The notes below the pieces were generated by a model. It saw only the letters and a program-made list of their open reading frames with translations, was not told the origin of the DNA and searched no databases. From contig JBOFUV010000046.1 in the NCBI GenBank assembly GCA_051652765.1, positions 1-23,702 of the forward strand: a stretch of 23,702 nucleotides of DNA, in the 5' to 3' direction. Below are positions 7,939-15,346 of the stretch, piece after piece. The number at the start of each line of letters is the position of its first letter. The stretch's first letter is position 1. The translations under genes and the position numbers were made by a program. This DNA is from Microcoleaceae cyanobacterium (GTDB lineage Bacteria; Cyanobacteriota; Cyanobacteriia; Cyanobacteriales; Microcoleaceae).

Positions 7939-10900
7939 ATGAAGCAAGTTGAAAGTCCTATGGTGATCATTGCAGGGATGCATCGGTCTGGAACGTCTCT
8001 AACTGCGTCCTTGCTCCAACGTCTGGGGGTGAGTATTGGGGAACGGCTGGTTGGGGCAGATCAGGGGAATATCAGGGGACACTTTGAGAACATTGCTTTT
8101 GTTGAGTTTCATAAGTCTATTCTGCGGGTGAATGGGCTAGATGAGTTGGGCTGTATGACGCAACCTCAGCCCCTATTGATTAGCCAGTCCTATATTGACC
8201 AAGCCAAGCACCTGATTGTTCAGAACCAAAATTCTCAATTGGTCTGGGGTTGGAAAGATCCGAGGGCTACCCTATTTCTTGACTTTTGGCATCAGCTTTT
8301 ACCCACCGCAAAATTTGTTTTTGTCTATCGTTCTCCCTGGGAAGTTGTGGATTCGCTCTATCGCAGGGCCACAGATTTAAGCATCTTAGAAAGCCCTGAA
8401 GTCGCAGTCAAGATGTGGCTGTACTATAACCAGGAAGTTTTGAGATTTTATCAAGCCCATGCTGCTCAGTGTCTATTAGTCAATGTTTATAAAATTGGTG
8501 AAGCACCTGAGCAATTTGTGAAGGCCATCAATCAAAAGTTTGGCTTCAACTTAGTGACTCCTCCGGCAGACAACTTCGAACCTGACTTGCTGAAACAGGA
8601 AATTCTAGAAACGCCTCGGCCTCACCTGATAAAGCAATGCTTTCCAGAAACAATTGATCTCTATTTACAACTCGAAGCCATTGCGGCAGAACTGGCTGGA
8701 GGTTTATCCAGGAATGATGCCCAAGTTTTAAATGACTCTCCTTCCCTGGTCTGGATGTTTCAAGACTGGTCAGAAGTGCGGAAGTTGGAACGAGAAATTA
8801 ACACCTGGCAGGACCAGTTTCAAGACGCAGTTGATCGTTTAGTTGATGCAGAAACTGAACTGGGTCGGGTACAGTTCCAATTTGAAAGTCTAGAGATAAA
8901 GTATGAGGAAGCCGTTGCTAAGTTAGTTACAACTGAGGAAACCTTGGGCCAAACTCAGTTGCAGTTAGAGGGGAGTGCGTCTCAATTTCAAGCCGCTTTA
9001 ACCAAGTTAACAAGCTTAGAACAGGAGCTTGGAAGCACTCAGCTTCAACTGAATGGAACCCAGACAACTTTTCAGGAAGCGGTAACGAAGTTGGTCGCAA
9101 CGGAAGAGGAACTCGGTCGAACGCAAAGACAGTTGGAAGAAGTTCAATTTAATTATCAGGTTTCTGCTCAAGAAACTCTAACTCAACTCTCTCGAACAGA
9201 AACCGACCTGCATCGAACTCAATTGGCGCTGGCGACCTTAAGAGCAGAGTTCGGCAATCAGGCTGAAATCCTGAGAATTTCTCAAGATCACGAACGATAT
9301 TTAACCGTTGAATTGACTGAAGCTCTAGCAGAAATTCAAGCGATTAAAGTATCAAAAATTTGGAAGTTCAGAGAAAAATGGGTCAGTCTAAAACATTCAG
9401 TTCGGAACATTATTAAGCATGAGTATATGTTTAATATTGACACTCCCACCCAGTGGGAATTTATTGGCAATGGAGAAACTTATACTCAAGTTGAAGGCTG
9501 GTGTCTTCATGCTGGAAAACAAGCTTTGAGAAACGTTCAGGCTTGCATTAGTTCAGGAATTAATTCAGAAATGAGTTCAGAAATTAATTCGGAAATTAAT
9601 TCAGGAATCTTTGCTGGAGTGTATGGCATTGAGCGTCAAGATGTGGGCGATCGCTTCCCCGGGATTCCGGACTCCGCCCATTCAGGATTTCGCGTGCAAA
9701 TTCAACTCCCTGTGGGTGTCCATCAACTGCACTTAGAAGCACAAGACTCCCAAGGGAAATGGCGGCGGTTTGTTACCTATTCATTGCGCGTTTGGGCCTT
9801 ACGAGCTGCCTTTGATGCTCCTGTGGATTGGCAGCACCGCCAGGGACGAGTGTTATTTGCGGGGTGGTGTTGTCATCCAGAACACCGGATTACTCAGCTC
9901 ACCCTCCATTGCGGTCAACACTCTGCTGAATGTGCTTACGGGCTCCGTCGCCTGGATGTCGGGGAGGTGTTGCCAGACTGGGTGGGCAGTCCGTTTAGTG
10001 GTTTTGAAGCCTTACTGGAGGTTCCACCGGGAACCTGGCCAGTGACCTTGGAGGCCCAGCTAGAAACGGGGGAAGTTGTCCGTTACTCCGTTGACACTGA
10101 CTTAACCATTGCCCGTTATGGTGTATTGCAACAAGGCTCTGCTAAACTCCGTCAGTTGTCGAGTTATACCAGCGCCTTGCGGAAACGAGCGGCAGAACGT
10201 CAGCAACGGTTGGGTCGAGCTGTTCCCATGCCCTGGGAACTTCCGGCAATTTTGCGCCAAATGCAGTCGATGTATCGTCAAACCCAGTCTCCCATTGGTC
10301 AAGCCCAGTTACCGCAGGGGTTTGAATTGCCCCAAGCCATTGATCCCTATGAAGCTTGGCTCGCTGCGAACCCCTGGACAGAGCGGAGTCAAGGTTGGCT
10401 TCAGCAACGATTAGCCGCCTATTCTATTTCGCAACTCCCTAAAATTTCCGTGGTGATGCCTGTATTCAATCCCCCAGTTGAATTTTTGGAACGGGCTATT
10501 TCTAGCGTGACGCAGCAAGTTTACGACAATTGGGAACTTTGTATTGCGGATGATTGCAGTACCGATCAGGCAGTTGTAAAAAGCCTCAACCATTGGGCTG
10601 AAGGCGATCGCCGGATTCACCTAGTCTTTCGTTCAGAAAATGGCAACATTAGCCGTGCCAGCAACACAGCGGCAAAACAGGCCACGGGAGAATTCATCTT
10701 GCTGTTAGACCATGATGATGAACTCACTTCCAATGCCCTGGGTGAAATTGCAATTTATCTGGCGAACCATCCTGAAACTGATGTCCTCTATTCCGATGAC
10801 GACAAAATCGATTCAGAAGGCAAGCGCTTTGCCCCTCAGTTCAAACCGGAGTGGTCGCCTGAACTGTTATTGTCCTATATGTACATGGGCCATGCGTTGG

Positions 10901-13900
10901 TGGTACGTCGCCAACTGTTTGAACAGGTTGAAGGGTTCAGGGTTGGGTATGAAGGATCTCAAGATTATGACCTAGCCTTGCGCGTGACGGAACAGGCTCG
11001 CCACATTGGACACTTACCCTTAATTCTATATCACTGGCGCACAGCACCAGGTTCAACCGCTATTTCTGGAGCCGCCAAACCTGCCAGTTTTGATGCAGGT
11101 CGTCAGGCGATTCAAGATGCCCTGCAGCGGCGCAATTGTTCAGCTAGAGTGGATCAACCGGACTGGGCTATTCAACAAAGCTTGGGTATTTTCACCCATC
11201 AATTCCCAGATGAAGGGCCATCCGTTGCTATTATTATTCCCACCAAAAATCAGCTCAAACTGTTAAAAGCTTGTTTAGAATCTCTGCAGAAAACTACGTA
11301 TCAAAACTATCAAGTTGTGGTGATTGATAACGAAAGTGATGATCCCAAAACTCTGGAGTATTTGCACCAAATTGTTGAATCAAAAGATCAATCAAAACCC
11401 CTTATTAAAGTTCTTAAGATTCAGAATCAAGGCAAATTTAACTTTGCTGCGATTAATAATCAAGCCGTCGAACGGGTTGAAACCGATTATGTTCTTTTTC
11501 TAAATAATGACACTGAAGTGTTAGCCGGAAATTGGCTCAGCCAAATGATGGGTTATGCTCAGTTAGATCAAGTAGGTGCAGTGGGTGCAAGACTAATCTT
11601 CCCCGATGATCATATTCAACACGCTGGGATTATTCATGGGCTCCATCATGGTTTAGCAGGTCATGCTTTTAAATTGAGTCATCGTGATTACTTTGGTTAT
11701 CTGGCCTATTCAAAGGTGTTAAGAAATTACTCGGCAGTTACCGCAGCTTGTTTGCTCACCCCTCGAAAACTGTTCCAAGAATTGGGAGGATTTGATCAAC
11801 AAAACTTTGCGGTTGCTTATAACGATGTAGACTATGGGTATCGCTTGAATAAAGCTGGATATCGTTGTGTTTATTGTCCTCAAGCAGAATTGCTTCATCG
11901 TGAAGGAACGTCCAGAGGATTCCAGGATAATCCTCAAGAAGTTGCCCATTTTCGGCGTAAATATGTTGACAAAATCGACCCCTTTTACAGTCCCCATTTG
12001 TCCCTAGCAAATGAATGGTTTCAGGTTCAACCTCGGCATGTTCGGATTCAGGATTCAACGGTATCAATTAAGCCTAGAGTTCTGATGTGTACTAACGCTC
12101 TAGAATACACAGGTGCACCATTACATCAGTATGAAATCGCCCTGAAACTTGCCCGCCAAAGTAAGATTGAACCTGTAATTTTCTGCACCAGTGATGGGCC
12201 ATTGCGACACGCCTATGAGCAAGCTGGAATTCTAGTGATCGTGCGAGAGCATCCACTAATTAATGTTTACCAACGGGAACAATATGATGCAGCTCTAAAT
12301 GCATTTTGTCAGGCATTAGATCTGAACAGTTATGATAGTGTTTATGCCAATACTTTAGAAAACTTTTTTATAATTGACTGTGCTAAACGCTGCCAGATTC
12401 CATCGGTTTGGAATGTGCATGAAAGTGAAGTTTGGCAACGTTATTTTGATGGGTTTGGGTCGGAAATTGCGGCGCGAGCCTTGGAATGTTTTCAGTTTCC
12501 TTACCGAATTATTTTCGTTGCAGACGCAACCCGAGATTTGTATTTACCCTTGAATAGTCATCATAATTTTACTGTGATTCACAATGGTTTAGAGGTCAAT
12601 CAGTTCAGACTCACGGCTGAACAATGGACTCGAGAAACCGCTCGCAATGCTCTAGAAGTTGAGGATCAAGATCTTGTTATTCTCCTGCTGGGAACAGTAT
12701 GTGAGCGCAAAGGCCAGAAAGATTTAGTCAAAGCGTTACCGTTAATTCCGGCAGAGTTTTGGAGTCAAATTCGCTGTTTTATTGTGGGCGATCGCCCCAG
12801 TCTCTACAGTACTGAATTATCGGAATTAGTGAGAAGTTTGCCGGAAGAATTGCGGCATCGAGTTGCCATTGTGCCTGAAACTCCAGATACTCCCAAGTAT
12901 TATCAGGCTGCCGATATTTTTGTCTGTACTTCACGAATTGAGAGCTATCCTCGGGTAATCTTGGAAGCCATGGCTTACCACTTACCAATCATTACAACGC
13001 CTGTTTTTGGCATTGTTGAACAAGTTCGTCCGGAGGTGAATGGCTTGTTTTATTCGCCTGAAAAATCAGAAGAATTAGCCCAATGTTTGGAAAATTTGCT
13101 AGGGAATGAATTGGAACGCGAACGATTAGCAACTAATGCTCAGTTTGTGTTGAATTCTCTGAATACATTTGAAGAAATGATTCAAGCCTATCATCAGATT
13201 TTCCAGGAAGCTTACTTCATTAATCCTAATCCTCATGTTGAATCATTGACCCTGCAATCTTCAGCTCAGAAGTTAGAATCTCAGGGTTCAGAATCTCAAA
13301 AGTTAGGGAGTTGGACTGGATTGGAACTGGTAAAATCTCAGGAACAAATCTACTGGGAAGACAATCCAATGGCGGCTACAGCCAGTGAGTGGATTTCTAA
13401 TCCAGTCATAGAACGGGAAGTCCATCGACGGATGTCTGGTGGAGAAACAGATAAATATTGGTTGAGATGGTTAGTAGAAGATTATTTCTCGGGTCAAACA
13501 TTTGATCAATTGATTTCCTTAGGATGTGGCATTGGTAATCATGAAATTACAATGGCGAAACTCAAATTTGCCCGTCAAATCGATGCATTTGATTTTTCTC
13601 AATCCTCTGTTAAAATTGCCCAAGAAAATGCAATAGATCTAGGAATTCAAATTAACTTTTATCAAGATGATTTTAACACCTTCAATTTGAAAAATGGGAA
13701 GAAATATGATATTGCATTTTGTTCGGGTTCCTTACATCATGTGAAAGAATTGGAACGGTTTCTGGCAATTGTGCATCAGTGTTTAAATCCTGATGGTTAC
13801 TTTGTAATGAATGAATACGTTGGTGATAACTACTGCATTTACAATCAGAAGCGTGTGGAGTTAATTAACCGTCTATACAGTTGCTTTGATAAAACCTTAA

Positions 13901-14217
13901 CCTCGCAAAAGTATCAGGCATTTATCAATCCCACCATTCATCAAGTCTACGCAACAGATCCTTCAGAAGCAGTTCGTTCCAGGTTGATCTTGCCATTCGT
14001 TGAATACTTCTTTGAGATTGAACTGTATCGTCCTTTTGGGGGTGGGATTTTGCACCCGCTGTATCCTTTACTGGATCATCGTCAGTTTCTCCCCAGTTCT
14101 CCAGAGGGAGAAACTATGATTCGATTACTGTTAGAATTTGAGGAGATTTTAATGGAGATGCCGGGAGGTATGGAATCGGATTTCTGTCTATGTGTCATGC
14201 GCCCAAAGAAGTTTTAG
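7939..14217 (+). CDS. 2092-aa multidomain glycan-synthesis protein: sulfotransferase-like, coiled coil, 2 repeat domains, GT2, GT2, GT4, class I methyltransferase
   Basis: PAPS-type motifs IAGMHRSGTS, WGWKDPR and YRSPWEVVDSLY. GT2 #1: KISVVMPVFN..IADDCS..LLDHDDEL (from ~10438). GT2 #2: VAIIIPTKN..LFLNNDT..YNDVD (from ~11218). GT4: ESYPRVILEAM (EX7E; ~12073-13220). Methyltransferase: SLGCGIG..SLHHV (~13350-14217). SD-like GAGGA at 7926-7930. Confidence 0.9.
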   Translation: MKQVESPMVIIAGMHRSGTSLTASLLQRLGVSIGERLVGADQGNIRGHFENIAFVEFHKSILRVNGLDELGCMTQPQPLLISQSYIDQAKHLIVQNQNSQLVWGWKDPRATLFLDFWHQLLPTAKFVFVYRSPWEVVDSLYRRATDLSILESPEVAVKMWLYYNQEVLRFYQAHAAQCLLVNVYKIGEAPEQFVKAINQKFGFNLVTPPADNFEPDLLKQEILETPRPHLIKQCFPETIDLYLQLEAIAAELAGGLSRNDAQVLNDSPSLVWMFQDWSEVRKLEREINTWQDQFQDAVDRLVDAETELGRVQFQFESLEIKYEEAVAKLVTTEETLGQTQLQLEGSASQFQAALTKLTSLEQELGSTQLQLNGTQTTFQEAVTKLVATEEELGRTQRQLEEVQFNYQVSAQETLTQLSRTETDLHRTQLALATLRAEFGNQAEILRISQDHERYLTVELTEALAEIQAIKVSKIWKFREKWVSLKHSVRNIIKHEYMFNIDTPTQWEFIGNGETYTQVEGWCLHAGKQALRNVQACISSGINSEMSSEINSEINSGIFAGVYGIERQDVGDRFPGIPDSAHSGFRVQIQLPVGVHQLHLEAQDSQGKWRRFVTYSLRVWALRAAFDAPVDWQHRQGRVLFAGWCCHPEHRITQLTLHCGQHSAECAYGLRRLDVGEVLPDWVGSPFSGFEALLEVPPGTWPVTLEAQLETGEVVRYSVDTDLTIARYGVLQQGSAKLRQLSSYTSALRKRAAERQQRLGRAVPMPWELPAILRQMQSMYRQTQSPIGQAQLPQGFELPQAIDPYEAWLAANPWTERSQGWLQQRLAAYSISQLPKISVVMPVFNPPVEFLERAISSVTQQVYDNWELCIADDCSTDQAVVKSLNHWAEGDRRIHLVFRSENGNISRASNTAAKQATGEFILLLDHDDELTSNALGEIAIYLANHPETDVLYSDDDKIDSEGKRFAPQFKPEWSPELLLSYMYMGHALVVRRQLFEQVEGFRVGYEGSQDYDLALRVTEQARHIGHLPLILYHWRTAPGSTAISGAAKPASFDAGRQAIQDALQRRNCSARVDQPDWAIQQSLGIFTHQFPDEGPSVAIIIPTKNQLKLLKACLESLQKTTYQNYQVVVIDNESDDPKTLEYLHQIVESKDQSKPLIKVLKIQNQGKFNFAAINNQAVERVETDYVLFLNNDTEVLAGNWLSQMMGYAQLDQVGAVGARLIFPDDHIQHAGIIHGLHHGLAGHAFKLSHRDYFGYLAYSKVLRNYSAVTAACLLTPRKLFQELGGFDQQNFAVAYNDVDYGYRLNKAGYRCVYCPQAELLHREGTSRGFQDNPQEVAHFRRKYVDKIDPFYSPHLSLANEWFQVQPRHVRIQDSTVSIKPRVLMCTNALEYTGAPLHQYEIALKLARQSKIEPVIFCTSDGPLRHAYEQAGILVIVREHPLINVYQREQYDAALNAFCQALDLNSYDSVYANTLENFFIIDCAKRCQIPSVWNVHESEVWQRYFDGFGSEIAARALECFQFPYRIIFVADATRDLYLPLNSHHNFTVIHNGLEVNQFRLTAEQWTRETARNALEVEDQDLVILLLGTVCERKGQKDLVKALPLIPAEFWSQIRCFIVGDRPSLYSTELSELVRSLPEELRHRVAIVPETPDTPKYYQAADIFVCTSRIESYPRVILEAMAYHLPIITTPVFGIVEQVRPEVNGLFYSPEKSEELAQCLENLLGNELERERLATNAQFVLNSLNTFEEMIQAYHQIFQEAYFINPNPHVESLTLQSSAQKLESQGSESQKLGSWTGLELVKSQEQIYWEDNPMAATASEWISNPVIEREVHRRMSGGETDKYWLRWLVEDYFSGQTFDQLISLGCGIGNHEITMAKLKFARQIDAFDFSQSSVKIAQENAIDLGIQINFYQDDFNTFNLKNGKKYDIAFCSGSLHHVKELERFLAIVHQCLNPDGYFVMNEYVGDNYCIYNQKRVELINRLYSCFDKTLTSQKYQAFINPTIHQVYATDPSEAVRSRLILPFVEYFFEIELYRPFGGGILHPLYPLLDHRQFLPSSPEGETMIRLLLEFEEILMEMPGGMESDFCLCVMRPKKF
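8818..9153 (+). repeat. Four degenerate 84-nt (28-aa, 4-heptad) coiled-coil repeats
   Basis: Units start at 8818 (FQDAVDRLVDAETELGRVQ), 8902 (YEEAVAKLVTTEETLGQTQ), 8986 (FQAALTKLTSLEQELGSTQ) and 9070 (FQEAVTKLVATEEELGRTQ). Confidence 0.85.
9550..9609 (+). repeat. Five in-frame 12-nt units (SSGI-NSEM-SSEI-NSEI-NSGI)
   Basis: AGTTCAGGAATT AATTCAGAAATG AGTTCAGAAATT AATTCGGAAATT AATTCAGGAATC. Confidence 0.88.
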
Positions 14218-14266
14218 CTCTATAGAAATTCTAAAGGCATCTATATGAATTATTCCTGATTGCTAT

Positions 14267-15280
14267 ATGTCTATTATTATTTCTGAACAGTTAAGTAAGT
14301 TTTACCCGGTTGCGATTAAGGAGCCTGGATTAAAAGGAACTATTCAGCATTTTTTTCACCGCACTTATCAAGACGTTAAAGCGGTTCAGGATGTCTCTTT
14401 TACGATTGAATCTGGAGAAATTGTCGGGTTTTTAGGGGCGAATGGTGCTGGGAAAACCACTACGTTAAAAATGTTGACCGGGCTCATTTATCCCTCCAGC
14501 GGTTCTGTTCGAGTGGCAGGCTATATTCCCTTTGAACGGCATTCTGATTTCTTACAAAAAATCACCTTGGTGATGGGGCAAAAGCAACAGTTAATTTGGG
14601 ATTTGCCTGCTTTAGATTCTTTGAACATTAATGCCGCTGTTTATGGCATTCCTGAGAAAGAATATCGATGGCGTTTGGGTGAACTAACTGAAATGCTAGG
14701 GATGGCTGGAAAACTAAAACAGCCTGTGCGAAAGCTATCTCTCGGTGAACGGATGAAAGCGGAACTCTTAGCGGCTTTGCTGCATCGTCCTCAAGTTTTA
14801 TTCCTTGATGAACCCACCTTAGGATTAGACATCAATGCTCAGGTCAATGTTCGGGAATTTCTAACCGAATATAACCGCCGCTATCAAGCAACTGTGCTGT
14901 TGACCAGTCATTACATGGCAGATATTACAGCGTTGTGTAAGCGGGTGATTTTAATTCATTTGGGTCAACTGATTTATGATGGTAGCCTCGAAGGATTACT
15001 GGAACGATTTGCGCCTTACCGGGAAGTGCAGATTGAGTTAGCACCGCTAGCACTCATTGACTGTGAAGAACAACTCCTGCGTCAACAGCTTGCTCAATAC
15101 GGAGAAATTGCAACCCTTGACGGAAAATCTGTGCGATTGATGGTGCAACGGGACACTTTAACGGCAACGGTTTCTGAGATTTTGGCTAAGTTCGAAGTGT
15201 TAGATTTAACGATTACTGATCCGCCGGTTGAAGAAGTCATTGGTCGTGTTTTTCAGAGTGGGCGAGCAAGTGCTAACTAG
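14267..15280 (+). CDS. ABC-2 type exporter ATP-binding subunit with no adjacent cognate permease
   Basis: Walker A GANGAGKTT, Q-loop MGQKQQL, signature LSLGERMK, Walker B LFLDEPT and LTSH. Confidence 0.9.
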   Translation: MSIIISEQLSKFYPVAIKEPGLKGTIQHFFHRTYQDVKAVQDVSFTIESGEIVGFLGANGAGKTTTLKMLTGLIYPSSGSVRVAGYIPFERHSDFLQKITLVMGQKQQLIWDLPALDSLNINAAVYGIPEKEYRWRLGELTEMLGMAGKLKQPVRKLSLGERMKAELLAALLHRPQVLFLDEPTLGLDINAQVNVREFLTEYNRRYQATVLLTSHYMADITALCKRVILIHLGQLIYDGSLEGLLERFAPYREVQIELAPLALIDCEEQLLRQQLAQYGEIATLDGKSVRLMVQRDTLTATVSEILAKFEVLDLTITDPPVEEVIGRVFQSGRASAN

Positions 15281-15346
15281 TTTGCAAAACTCGGTTTTGG
15301 GTGGCTGAGATGCCCCTAAGATTTAACAATCACTGTAGTTTGGGGT

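Noticed and set aside
4124..14217. Glycan locus as a recently inserted mobile island
   Set aside because: No integrase, transposase, tRNA or flanking direct repeats were seen, and HIP1 sites are present inside it.
15285..15299. Hairpin CAAAAC-TCG-GTTTTG as a terminator between convergent genes
   Set aside because: The 6-bp stem is AT-rich and has no clear U tract, so it is too weak to call.
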